IMG/VR virus record: IMGVR_UViG_3300009183_000045
Strand: one strand, 5' to 3'
DNA length: 64,000 nt
Source: a virus
Lineage: Duplodnaviria; Caudoviricetes
This document shows, one piece after another, positions 47,001 through 56,759 of the stretch; the stretch's first letter is position 1, and every line of letters starts with the position of its first letter. Below the pieces are notes generated by a model. That model saw only the letters and a program-made list of their open reading frames with translations. It had not been told where the DNA came from and searched no databases. The position numbers and the translations under genes were made by a program.

Positions 47001-49802
47001 AAAAAATCTAGTAGCCAAACTTTTTGGGTTAGTGCTAATAAAAAATTTAACGAATATAATTACTGCATAGGGTCTTCTTATAAATTTTTATCATCGGTCA
47101 ATGCTAATATTGGCCTCATAGACATTCCATATACCACAGAACTTTCTGATGTGTCTGGACTAATGATTTCTTTGTCGGGGTTTAGTTTAGCATATCCTTC
47201 ATACGCATCTATATATTATGTTAAACCGGAAAATGGGGTTTTAAAAACATTTACATTCCCTATCACCGCTCAAACTCAAAATTTATCCGGTAACCCCTCA
47301 TTAAATGTCTTTAAGTCAAATCCTTACATTGTACCTCATAAAATAGACACAGTGTTTAATTTTTCATTGGCGACTACCTCGTTGGATTTAGATTATACTA
47401 GAATAATAACTTTAACCCAGCACATTACAACCTCTCCTCTAGAAGCACCGGCTCAGCCTCTTAAGGATTTCGGGACTATTACCTATCTACTATCCACCGA
47501 TTATTGGGCTAAGGAAATTACAGTTCCTTCTATTGACGGCACATTTGACGCCATTTCCTTGAATATAGGTGATCCGTTTGAGGAAGGGTATATTAGCAAC
47601 TCTAAAACCAACCATTTATCATTCAGGCCGTTATTTGCCACGATGCCTTATCAGATACCTTCTTCAACTTTTGATAATTATTCTATATTCAGTTATGCCA
47701 GTGCCAGAGACCTATGGAGTCCGTATATCCAGACAACTAGTCTTTCTGCTACCAATGAATGGCAGACTCTTGTCGCATATTATACAGGGTCCATGCCACA
47801 GGCATTTTTGTCCACTTACATAGCTCTAACTGGCCAGGAAATATACATAGAATTCACCTCTCCAGATGAATTAGAACACCATTACATAACTCATTGTGTT
47901 ACAAATTTTGGCGAGCTTAGTGGAACATTTACCCAATCAGTCTCTTCTGACAAAAATCAACCGGCCAAGTATACATACAATTCAAGTGGCTCGTTCTTTA
48001 TACAATATGAAGTCTTTTATAACGATGGCACATCTAAGATTAATTTTCTTCCAGACGCCATTACAATATTTCCACAATGGACTGTATATAACCAGGAAGC
48101 CATTCGAACAATTAATGAAGCTTCTCTTGCATTTAATTATTCATTAGATCAAATAAAAATTCAACCCAATGAATGGGGTGATGTTGATATTTTTAATACA
48201 GCCATATCTCGTCTTCACGATAATTTACAATATTTGCGAGAAAATTCTCAAACTATTGACACAGATTCACCTTCTATGTTTTATGGTTGGTTGGGATGTA
48301 ATTCTTTTAAAAAATCTGAAGGCATACGTTGGTATGCTAAGAATTTTGATGAATTGTTTTATGAGGATTTAAATTTTGCCACAAATTCTGGCAGTTCTAG
48401 TTTTTCCAATATTCAAGACGTGGCAGCCACTGATGATTATATATTTGTGTTGGATAATTTTAAACTGAGAGGTTTTTATAATAAACATTATAAACCAGTA
48501 GAAACTCTTTTTGTATCTTCCTCTGACATTTCTTCTTCTTGGGACTTGGAAATGGTTGCTCCTTGCAGCATGGATATAGATACAAAAACTTCAAATATAT
48601 ATGTCGTAGACCCACCGCGCAATAAAGTGGTTTGCTTAAATATAGATTATAGCACTCCGGCAATAAACTTTTCTGTTAATATAGGAGGTTTTGGTTCTAA
48701 AAATGATTCCGGAAAATTTAATGCTCCTTCCCAAGTAATTGTTTCTAGTGATAGTGTTTTTGTGTTGGATTATAATAACCAATGTGTTAAGGAGTATACC
48801 ACAGACCTTAATTGGATTCACACTTATTTTACAGAAGATTTTAACACAGACCAACCTATTAGTATTGCTAGTACAAACAGTGGCACCGTTTATATTTTGA
48901 CTAAATCTATGAGAGTATATATCTTCATAGAATCTAACCCATCAACCCCGCTTATCCAGTTTTCTTTATTAGAAATGATGTCTAATAAAGAAGATGCTAT
49001 TAAAATGATATTAGACGAAAACGGAAGTTTCTTGTATATTACAACTCCCACAAAGATTTTTAAATATACATCAACTCCTATAAAAAACAGTACAACCACC
49101 TACATAGGGACTTATATAGGAATAGTAGATTTTAAATTTCCGTCTTCTGCAATTAAGAAAGCCACAAATCAGAATTTATTAATTGCCACTCCAAATGCAG
49201 TGGCAAAGGTCCAAGACATTGTGTCTTTATTTAAAATCGGGGATGGTCTTCCTTATCAAATGTGGTCTTTAGATCAATTATTACTTGATAAACAAGAATT
49301 TGCGTCTGATGTAAATTACAACAAATCACTTGTCAGATTAACTCAAAATATTAAAACATTTAGAAACAATCTCAATTCTAGATTTGTAAAAATTTATAAA
49401 AAAACAGATATAGGTGATTTATATTACTTTGCTTTAGATCCAGTACCGGTTGGTGATCAACCTCAATTTGAAAAAGATGTGGAAAATGAATCTGTAAACA
49501 TAGGAGTCAACGAATTACATATTCCTCAAGTATTTAACAGAGAATTGACAAAAATTTATAATGCCTTAGATCAATTGAGATTATTTTTAAATATTTCTGA
49601 TCTGTCTCTGTCTAGTGCGTCTATTATTAAAGAAAATTTTTGTTGGTCGTGGAAATCAACTGCTTGCCACAATTTAACCCTGCCATCTATTAAGGTAGCC
49701 AACGTAAATCCTATTACATTTACAGAACTTAAAAAGAATTTTCCTATAGAATATGCTCCTTCTAAGCTTTGGAAAGATGCAGTTTCTAATTGCTGTTCTT
49801 AA
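44043..49802 (+). CDS. Very large (1919 aa) virion structural protein, Ser/Thr-rich, with PKD-like and NHL-propeller C-terminus
   Basis: Beta-rich composition; NFGE..Y...G.F PKD-like segment; IYVVD/VFVLD/VYIL NHL-type blades; TAAATA at 44031. Confidence 0.65.
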   Translation: MSNSIQAFNIQTIGIWPNETYQINPLDQYIDPNAGFLPAENMFRYLNNSLNETDSFHTVNYSGITYNFSPIVSQYAIDTTPNSKFVWDLTSHRKNYNFGPQFNYFYALSNPGTDAYYRKYYAYLLYPARLFLKPLSLQKNASSWTLTTSTVLVSPQTYFFSGSSHEFPSYLQHTQHINTKPTFYPLPIDTANNFIFELSACRMMKDVPVVSFTGDFNPYSASRSLDRIGGCIRPDSTFISYNVDYTQPTGSTSSLGQVLPDTDPLISHAFKTSYILNQSELSSGKLQKFQLLQNRPQEGTKNLGDSSYCILSAVFNLSSTNLQYFNLQFIKENFTHVNAVTGRAGSIIGASYIIDSDKFLFSNESCQSTFTSFQINGSVKTLGIPVNYQNLTSSSTWITKYPPHYYSYKTSLYSPSNGYNSKADTCNLTFFLQTSVLNLTTSNALLSSFIGSDYNALTYNLPDNNLNEYIKFELLSDNSLFRNNNSLSAINFYYGPSLNVPYNIEISPWVPVSSACKLFIDYPGTPYGETFLTIRSTLSSPAGYLASKEAVNIFFAPNQTQSAVGSPIFLDLIDQPVDAFDVTSAFLTAAPQWPTKNLIGSFISWDFFPKTIGAQLYSIDSLGNPLLALSANEKVAFSDLTQNVRLSGTGFSTVVIYLSSQKYNQTTSLTSNSALYDPFVLNKFIIGPNSVLSNVNRTRTISLTALLPYGNQLYSIPYNTPVSWTWDYTTNTAPSRGPINAYYGPNKTPYVYATEMSVNVLSSIYLEITPTDNDSIPVLNHVRAHLSSKVRVPAIYSTYEFVVDDFPARSVLNSDFRIGYTSFQSPSGTILDTGLDQYVLTRPQDGTNILSLSSYANSHISPSTTYVWTISDNANTLSSVTVPYSNHFINYNIKTAATATYISLSAVKAVVDAWGNVNITDNSEFLSSPEHSVETSVYIYTPTSAEFYKPLEFVIYPEYAWLGGRQLTLLTPSNYTLSKAPSAYSHKKSSSQTFWVSANKKFNEYNYCIGSSYKFLSSVNANIGLIDIPYTTELSDVSGLMISLSGFSLAYPSYASIYYVKPENGVLKTFTFPITAQTQNLSGNPSLNVFKSNPYIVPHKIDTVFNFSLATTSLDLDYTRIITLTQHITTSPLEAPAQPLKDFGTITYLLSTDYWAKEITVPSIDGTFDAISLNIGDPFEEGYISNSKTNHLSFRPLFATMPYQIPSSTFDNYSIFSYASARDLWSPYIQTTSLSATNEWQTLVAYYTGSMPQAFLSTYIALTGQEIYIEFTSPDELEHHYITHCVTNFGELSGTFTQSVSSDKNQPAKYTYNSSGSFFIQYEVFYNDGTSKINFLPDAITIFPQWTVYNQEAIRTINEASLAFNYSLDQIKIQPNEWGDVDIFNTAISRLHDNLQYLRENSQTIDTDSPSMFYGWLGCNSFKKSEGIRWYAKNFDELFYEDLNFATNSGSSSFSNIQDVAATDDYIFVLDNFKLRGFYNKHYKPVETLFVSSSDISSSWDLEMVAPCSMDIDTKTSNIYVVDPPRNKVVCLNIDYSTPAINFSVNIGGFGSKNDSGKFNAPSQVIVSSDSVFVLDYNNQCVKEYTTDLNWIHTYFTEDFNTDQPISIASTNSGTVYILTKSMRVYIFIESNPSTPLIQFSLLEMMSNKEDAIKMILDENGSFLYITTPTKIFKYTSTPIKNSTTTYIGTYIGIVDFKFPSSAIKKATNQNLLIATPNAVAKVQDIVSLFKIGDGLPYQMWSLDQLLLDKQEFASDVNYNKSLVRLTQNIKTFRNNLNSRFVKIYKKTDIGDLYYFALDPVPVGDQPQFEKDVENESVNIGVNELHIPQVFNRELTKIYNALDQLRLFLNISDLSLSSASIIKENFCWSWKSTACHNLTLPSIKVANVNPITFTELKKNFPIEYAPSKLWKDAVSNCCS

Positions 49803-49821
49803 TTTGATAAAAATAAATTAT

Positions 49822-49829
49822 CTATAAAT
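49822..49829 (+). promoter_or_regulatory. T4 consensus late promoter TATAAATA
   Basis: Exact consensus 7 nt upstream of ATG 49837. Confidence 0.6.
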
Positions 49830-49836
49830 ACCTAAA

Positions 49837-50457
49837 ATGTTTAATTCTTCCTCCATAACCTTAAATCCGTTGGAACTCACTCAAACATTAAACAGAGTAT
49901 CCCCCTTTGTATTGTCTATAAATCCACAATTTACAGATCCTCTATCAAAGTCTTATAAAATAGTATATGATTTTAATGACGGAACCTCTACAATTACCAA
50001 GATATTAAAAGCCACTCCATATCAAAAAAATGATCTTTTAAAATTTCCTTATGAAATAACAGACCCGCGCAATGAAATAGTTTCCCACACGTTTATTTTA
50101 CAAAAAGAAACTTCTAAAACTTTTTATATTAATGTTAAAGTATATTCGGTCATGGATGCTATCTTTGGATCTGGAGAAACCCCAAATTACAGTGAATTTA
50201 TAATAACTCTTCACCTACAAGCACCCACCCTTGATACCAAATCGATAGAATTAAGCAGTAATTTTTTTGAAGAAATTCACTTATTAAATTCCAGGATGTT
50301 TGATTTAGATAATACACTTTTATATAATTTTGAAAGCTCCAATCCTCACTATTTGTTGCCCACAGTGGTCAAATGGCATGATCCTTTCAATAACCTAAAC
50401 ACTGCACCTTTTCTTTTTGATCCAGAATATTCTCCAAGAGGAAGATACCCTAGATAA
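49837..50457 (+). CDS. Hypothetical structural protein
   Basis: 206 aa; YDFNDG PKD-like motif; within the tail cluster. Confidence 0.65.
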   Translation: MFNSSSITLNPLELTQTLNRVSPFVLSINPQFTDPLSKSYKIVYDFNDGTSTITKILKATPYQKNDLLKFPYEITDPRNEIVSHTFILQKETSKTFYINVKVYSVMDAIFGSGETPNYSEFIITLHLQAPTLDTKSIELSSNFFEEIHLLNSRMFDLDNTLLYNFESSNPHYLLPTVVKWHDPFNNLNTAPFLFDPEYSPRGRYPR

Positions 50458-50458
50458 T

Positions 50459-51397
50459 ATGCTTAATTTTCAAAACCACACCACACCAGGAGAACTTTGG
50501 CTGCGAGATCCCAAAGGCAATAAGGCATCTGCAGCTACTTTATTGAGTAATGTTTATAATAAATACCAAACATTAAACCCCTCAATAACTTCCAACTTAA
50601 ACGGCTCTGTATATCTCAATGACCAACAAATATATGATACATTTTATTCTGAATTAACCTCCAATCAAATAACTAGATTTGATACATTTTATGATAGCCT
50701 TTTTATTGAGACCAAATCTGGATGTATTTTTGAAAAGATATATGTTGATAAAGATGTAATTAAACCCTTTTCTGTTGCAGATAATTTTACAGCTAAGCAC
50801 AATGTTAATCCAGGATTTTTGTCTTATGATAGTTATGTAGATTATTGGTTTGATGAATCAAAGAATTATGTATACTTTGCGTATATTTCTAATTTAAATG
50901 AAAACAAAGATTTTCCTCTCAGATTTGCATTTGCTTTAATAGTAAATCAATTTGATTGCAAGACCGGATTAATAAGAACAATTATGTTGTGGAAGGTTAT
51001 CCTAGGATTTAATTCTAGTATAAATTGGGATATATTTGATTATGTATTAGAAGCTCCTAAAATTACCTTCAACTCCTCTACTCGTACTTTTAATGTTTCC
51101 TTCTTGTTAAAAAATATTGTTAGACAATTTGGATTGGTGAGTATAAACTTCAAGCAAACTGACACAGTTCAGCAAGGAACTTTTGAAATCACAGAAGTCA
51201 ATGGCCATTTACCATTTTTTGAGCTAGATCCCACCAAATGTGAAGCATATCCATATGACCCCAGAGCCCTGTCTCATTATCGAGTTGTAACGGTGGCTAG
51301 TGAGAAAACAGACCCAGCTTATAACCTCAAATTCATAACTTTAGTCTCTTACAATCCCGATGAAGAACTTGTCGCTAATTATCTTGTTGTGGAATAA
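50459..51397 (+). CDS. Hypothetical structural protein
   Basis: Start reassigned to ATG 50459, just past the upstream stop; within the tail cluster. Confidence 0.65.
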   Translation: MLNFQNHTTPGELWLRDPKGNKASAATLLSNVYNKYQTLNPSITSNLNGSVYLNDQQIYDTFYSELTSNQITRFDTFYDSLFIETKSGCIFEKIYVDKDVIKPFSVADNFTAKHNVNPGFLSYDSYVDYWFDESKNYVYFAYISNLNENKDFPLRFAFALIVNQFDCKTGLIRTIMLWKVILGFNSSINWDIFDYVLEAPKITFNSSTRTFNVSFLLKNIVRQFGLVSINFKQTDTVQQGTFEITEVNGHLPFFELDPTKCEAYPYDPRALSHYRVVTVASEKTDPAYNLKFITLVSYNPDEELVANYLVVE

Positions 51398-51406
51398 GTA
51401 ATAAAA

Positions 51407-54400
51407 ATGGATCCTTTAATCACAAATGGCGAAATAAAAATTACAGACCTATCTAGGGCCCCGATTTTAAGATCTAGTGATCTATTCGTAGCCGCCACCC
51501 ATTTAGACGGTTCTGCTGATATAACCACCCAGGCCATATCCTCTTGCGTATTGCTTGATTATGTTCTCTCACACGGTCCCTATAATTTTGGAGCCAATTT
51601 ATCCAGTATAGGAGTCCACACCAATCCAACTCTCGATGGATGTTTTGTTTGTGATATTAATGCCAAACATTACAGTATTATTCCCAGCAACCCAGCATGG
51701 CCTCAATCTCAAAGCCAACCTGAAGCACCTAATTGCACAACTGATTCTTACTATTCTAACATAGGAGGAGGAACTGGTAATGTGGTATGGGGTACAGAAT
51801 CCACCATCGGCGGCGGTTGCTATAATACGGTAATGGACAGTAATTCTGTTATAGCCGGTGGTAAAAATAATATAATAAATTGCTGTGAATCCTCAATAGG
51901 TGGCGGCGGTAATAATATATCATGTGGAATATACACCACTATTGGAGGAGGAAATTGCAACGTAGCAAATCAAGAAGCTAGCACCATAGCCGGTGGTAAA
52001 CTCAACCTGATTACAACTCCAGAATTGACTAATATTACATACAGAGGAGGAGTTATTTCTGGGGGCACTAATAACGCTCTTTCTGGATGTTATGGATTTA
52101 TTGGCGGCGGATTTCATAATGATTCCACCGGCAACCACTCCGTTATAGTTGCTGGGGAATGTAACAATATAGATTCACACCACAGCTTTATCGGTGGTGG
52201 AGAATTTAATAATATTGCATCTGGTAATTGCAGTGTTATAATAGGAGGAGGTTCCAACATTATATCCGGCGGCGCCTCTATATTAATAGGAGGAACTCAC
52301 AATAATATTAATGGAATTTACTCCGTTGTAAATGGTGGCTATACTAATTCTATAACTGGTGAATATTCTTATATAGGCACCGGAGATCATAATCATATCT
52401 CTGGGAACAATTCTTCTGTAGTGGCAGGTGTTTGCAACTTTATTGCAAGTGATCATTCTTTTATAGGAACCGGTCTGTGTAATTCTGCCATTCAAACCCA
52501 TGCTTCAGTTCTTAATGGCAGGTGCAACAATTCATTGGGTGAGTTTTCGGCAATTCTTAATGGGCAGAATAATGTTGCTTTAGGATCTAACTCAACTGTT
52601 CTTAACGGGTGTGTTAATACTGCATCCGGAAATTGTAGTTTAATTGGTGGCGGCTGCTATAACATAGCATCTAATGCATATTCAACTATTCTAGGGGGTC
52701 ATCATAACTCAGCAAGTGCTGTACATTCTTTTATAGCTGGTGGAAGCTATAATAGCAGTAATTCCTATAACAATACTTTTATATTAGGATCAACTATAAG
52801 TGCCACCAGGGTTGATTTTACTTACGTAAACAATTTAAGTTCAGGAAATGAAATATATGCAGCCAACAATGTTTGTAGTATTAATCAATGTGCCACAGAT
52901 TGCATAGGTTCGGGTAACAACATATGTGCCACTAATACTATATGTGGAAATTATATATGTGGAAGATCTTGTGTAAGCACCCCTCGTTCATTTTCTTCTA
53001 TTTGTGCATCAACCCCTTTAATCAGTTCTCAGTATGCATATATCTCAGAAAAGTTGTATGGCAATATAATATATGCTAACAAGTGTGTACACACCACAGA
53101 TATAGAATCTTCCACTATAACCAATATAGGCACTCTTACAAATGTGGGCCAACTTACAAGTGTTGGGTCCATTTGCAATTACGGAGCATTTAACAACACT
53201 GGCACCATGTGCAATACAGGATATTTCCACAATGAAGGAACTATCTGCAACACCACTGGGTCTATATGCAGTAATAGTGATATAGTGGTGGGTACTACAG
53301 GAAGATTCTTATCGGGCGGTCAAGATTTATTAGAATTGTTTAATTCTTACACAGCTGGATCGGGGTTTTATAAAACCCCTTATGTGGTTCAATTTATAGG
53401 AGATGGTGTCACTACAAAATTTAGTGATTCAAATTTTCCCAGCATAAATCCAAATAATTTTTTAATTTCTATAGCGGGTTTAATTCAAAGACCTTATATA
53501 GATTTTACCAGCAATTTATCCAACAAAGGATCTGTGGTATTTTCTTCACCTCCACCAGCTGGGCAATTAATTAATATATACGCCAATCAAAGTAGTGAAG
53601 TGGGTAAGAGTATTGTTGGATTTTATAATCCTCAATATACAACCTTCATTGCGGACGGTACCTCCTTGGATTACTCTATTCCGAGTGAAGTATATAATGG
53701 CACAGACCCTAATGGATATTTGGTTTCTGTGACTGGATTGGTCCAAAGACCCACTACAGACTTTACAGTGTTAAGTGCTAATGATGGCTTAAATGGCATT
53801 ATACATTTTGTAGCCCCTCCACCCTTAAATGGAGCAGTAACCATACATTCATTTAAATTTTCTACAATTTCAATTTTTAATTCCATATTTAATTATCTCT
53901 CAGCTAGTAATTTTAATATTCCCATATCTTCATTTACCGCGCCTGGAATTACAGCTGCTCATATAGTAGCAACTTCTGATATATATACTCCTTTTATAAA
54001 TGCCACTCGTATAGCGGGTTCTACTGTCAGCGGAAATCTTACCATTACAGGTAATTTATCCACTTTAGGGACTACGACCTTCGTGGGTTCTATAATATCA
54101 AACACTAGTGCTTTGAGTGTGATAAATTACGGACCTTCTCCAGCACTGTGGGTGGGTCAATATAGTACAGCTGGGGACATAGCATCCTTTTATGACTTAG
54201 ACCAACAAAGAGAGGTGTTGCATGTAGGAGGCATTAACGGTATTAACCCAAATGTTGGTATTTTAACTTCCACTCCCAATAAAACATTAACTGTAGTGGG
54301 AGAAATTAGTGCCACCGGAAGTCTTTTCTCTTCAGGAAACCTTAATGTAACCGGTTCGGGTATTAATTACATAAACGGCAATGTTGGATTAGGCACTTTA

Positions 54401-56131
54401 ACTCCTCGCAGTAAATTGGATCTTAATGCCGGAGTTATAGCCGGAGTTGCTAATATTAGAGGGGTTTCTAATTCTGGAGCTTATTCTATATGGGGTGGTT
54501 TAGGGACAGATGGAGCTATAGATGGAGGTTATGTACAATTGTATGGTAGTGCTCACACTGGTTATCCAAATTTATTATTATTTGGAAACTCTTCTTCCAA
54601 TGAAACAATGCGCATTGCTTCAAACGGCAATGTAGGAATAAACGATACTGCTCCCTCTGAAAAGCTATCAGTCACTGGTAATATTAGAGCCACAGGCACC
54701 CTCAACATAGGAGGTACCAGCTTACTCCATGGCCCGTTATGGTTGGGTAGACAAGACGCTTCATTGGAAGGAGGACAATTAACTTTTGCCAAAGCATTAG
54801 ATAATACAGAAGCTTGGACCATTGATGTTTTCGGAAATGATGCATCTCCTCGTTTAAGATTTTTTACTTCTAACGAAAAGATGACCATTTTAAACAATGG
54901 CAAAGTTGGAATAGGAACCGCTGCTCCTACTAGAACATTAGAAGTAAACGGAGATTTCCAAGCAACTAACATTTATGGATCTTTAAATGTAAATCAAATA
55001 GCCGGGACTCTTTTAACCTCTCAAGGCGGAACAGGCGGCGCCACCGCTTCAGCGGGTGCAAAGAATTTATTAGACGGGATAGGCACTGGTACATCTGGTT
55101 ATGTTTTAAAAACAGGAGGTGCTGGAAATTATTATTGGGCAGCAGAAACGGGAGCCACCGTCCAAGTAGGAACTCTTATAAATTCTACTCGGGCGGCATG
55201 GACGGCCACGGCCTCTCAAACTGTATTCACGGCCCCTTCTTATACAACCGGAGCCAATCAATTAAGAGTATATGTTAATGGCGTTCGCCAAACCACCAAT
55301 GATTACGCAGAAACATCTACAACTTCTTTTACATTAACAGTTGGTTGTAATGCTGGAGATTATGTTTTAGCAGAGGTGGATGGATATTATACATATCCAA
55401 ACATAGCGTCTGCAGTAGTGTTTAGCCCCACAGGCAATGTCGCTGCTATAAATGTTCAATCTGCAATAGCAGAGCTAGATACAGAAAAATTTGATAAAAC
55501 TGGGGGACCTATTTCCGGGGATGTAACAATGTCTGCTGCTAAAATAACCTTAGCTGCAGGAACTACCACTAAACCGCCTTTAGTGTTTTCATCTGGTGCA
55601 ACCCTTAGTAGTTTATTGGCTGGCGCCGTGGAATGGGACGGTTCTAAACTATATGTCACATATACTGCGGGCCCTACAAGAAAAACAGTGGCCACAGAAG
55701 ATTATGTAACCACGGCCTTAGGATCTTATGCCCCTAAAGCAGCTCCTGCTTTCACAGGAGCTTGCCAAATTGGTGTAAGTGGAACTAATGGTAGTCTTTT
55801 AGTTTACGGCGACATAAATGCCACAGGCGATGTAATTGCTGCTTATGCCCCCTCAGATATAAGACTTAAATCTAACATAGTTCCTATATCCGATGCGTTA
55901 AACAAAATTGATAAAATTTCTGGTGTTGAATTTATATGGAATAATAAACAGCAACTTTATAAAGGCAAGGATGTGGGAGTTATTGCCCAGGAAATAGAAA
56001 AAGTCTTACCCGAAGTGGTAGCCGTCAGACATGATGGATATAATGGGGTAAAATATGAAAAAATTGTGGCTCTATTAATTGAAGGTATTAAAGAATTAAG
56101 AAAAGAAGTAGAGGAGTTAAAAAGAAAGTAA
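51407..56131 (+). CDS. Long tail fibre with GG..N repeats, Ig-like modules and C-terminal S74 intramolecular chaperone
   Basis: IKITDL N-terminus; ~20 S.I.GG..N repeats; GNVGIG motifs; SDIRLKSNI...GVIAQEIEKVLPEVV...VKYEKIVALLIEGIKEL. Confidence 0.88.
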   Translation: MDPLITNGEIKITDLSRAPILRSSDLFVAATHLDGSADITTQAISSCVLLDYVLSHGPYNFGANLSSIGVHTNPTLDGCFVCDINAKHYSIIPSNPAWPQSQSQPEAPNCTTDSYYSNIGGGTGNVVWGTESTIGGGCYNTVMDSNSVIAGGKNNIINCCESSIGGGGNNISCGIYTTIGGGNCNVANQEASTIAGGKLNLITTPELTNITYRGGVISGGTNNALSGCYGFIGGGFHNDSTGNHSVIVAGECNNIDSHHSFIGGGEFNNIASGNCSVIIGGGSNIISGGASILIGGTHNNINGIYSVVNGGYTNSITGEYSYIGTGDHNHISGNNSSVVAGVCNFIASDHSFIGTGLCNSAIQTHASVLNGRCNNSLGEFSAILNGQNNVALGSNSTVLNGCVNTASGNCSLIGGGCYNIASNAYSTILGGHHNSASAVHSFIAGGSYNSSNSYNNTFILGSTISATRVDFTYVNNLSSGNEIYAANNVCSINQCATDCIGSGNNICATNTICGNYICGRSCVSTPRSFSSICASTPLISSQYAYISEKLYGNIIYANKCVHTTDIESSTITNIGTLTNVGQLTSVGSICNYGAFNNTGTMCNTGYFHNEGTICNTTGSICSNSDIVVGTTGRFLSGGQDLLELFNSYTAGSGFYKTPYVVQFIGDGVTTKFSDSNFPSINPNNFLISIAGLIQRPYIDFTSNLSNKGSVVFSSPPPAGQLINIYANQSSEVGKSIVGFYNPQYTTFIADGTSLDYSIPSEVYNGTDPNGYLVSVTGLVQRPTTDFTVLSANDGLNGIIHFVAPPPLNGAVTIHSFKFSTISIFNSIFNYLSASNFNIPISSFTAPGITAAHIVATSDIYTPFINATRIAGSTVSGNLTITGNLSTLGTTTFVGSIISNTSALSVINYGPSPALWVGQYSTAGDIASFYDLDQQREVLHVGGINGINPNVGILTSTPNKTLTVVGEISATGSLFSSGNLNVTGSGINYINGNVGLGTLTPRSKLDLNAGVIAGVANIRGVSNSGAYSIWGGLGTDGAIDGGYVQLYGSAHTGYPNLLLFGNSSSNETMRIASNGNVGINDTAPSEKLSVTGNIRATGTLNIGGTSLLHGPLWLGRQDASLEGGQLTFAKALDNTEAWTIDVFGNDASPRLRFFTSNEKMTILNNGKVGIGTAAPTRTLEVNGDFQATNIYGSLNVNQIAGTLLTSQGGTGGATASAGAKNLLDGIGTGTSGYVLKTGGAGNYYWAAETGATVQVGTLINSTRAAWTATASQTVFTAPSYTTGANQLRVYVNGVRQTTNDYAETSTTSFTLTVGCNAGDYVLAEVDGYYTYPNIASAVVFSPTGNVAAINVQSAIAELDTEKFDKTGGPISGDVTMSAAKITLAAGTTTKPPLVFSSGATLSSLLAGAVEWDGSKLYVTYTAGPTRKTVATEDYVTTALGSYAPKAAPAFTGACQIGVSGTNGSLLVYGDINATGDVIAAYAPSDIRLKSNIVPISDALNKIDKISGVEFIWNNKQQLYKGKDVGVIAQEIEKVLPEVVAVRHDGYNGVKYEKIVALLIEGIKELRKEVEELKRK

Positions 56132-56146
56132 TAAATTTATTAAATT

Positions 56147-56758
56147 ATGACAAAAGTTAAAAGTTCAACATTAGATTTAACAAATCTTTCAGCAATAGCC
56201 GCCGCCACCGGCGGAGCCACCTACACAGGCGCTTGGACCCCTGGGAGCGGTGGAACTTTTGTTTCTACTTCTTGTTCTGGAAATGCAGCAACCGCTAGTG
56301 CTTGTACCGGCAACGCAGCTACAGCTACAAATGCAACCGCATTGCGCAATGCTGCCACCACCGCATACATACTCGCAGCTCTTTCCGGTGCTAGTACGAT
56401 AGTACAAACTGACACATACGGGTCCATAACAGCCACCGGAGACGTAACCGCATATTCAGATGCTAAACTTAAAGAAAATGTAAAAACTATTGACAATGCT
56501 TTGGATAAAACATTAAAATTAAGAGGAGTCTATTATAATAAAATAGATGATCAAACGAAGCGTCAAAATGTTGGAGTTATAGCCCAGGAAATTAAAGAAA
56601 TTTTACCAGAAGTGGTACATTGCGTTGATTCAGAGAATGAAGATTCTATTTTATCAGTTAGTTACGGCAACATTGTTGCTCTTCTTATAGAAGCTATTAA
56701 AGAACAACAAAAACAAATAGAAGATTTAAAGAAGGTTGTTACTAAGTTAAATAAATAA
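56147..56758 (+). CDS. Short fibre protein with S74 intramolecular chaperone
   Basis: GNAATA repeats; [17 protein letters not shown]...GVIAQEI..ILPEVV...[19 protein letters not shown]. Confidence 0.88.
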   Translation: MTKVKSSTLDLTNLSAIAAATGGATYTGAWTPGSGGTFVSTSCSGNAATASACTGNAATATNATALRNAATTAYILAALSGASTIVQTDTYGSITATGDVTAYSDAKLKENVKTIDNALDKTLKLRGVYYNKIDDQTKRQNVGVIAQEIKEILPEVVHCVDSENEDSILSVSYGNIVALLIEAIKEQQKQIEDLKKVVTKLNK

Positions 56759-56759
56759 T

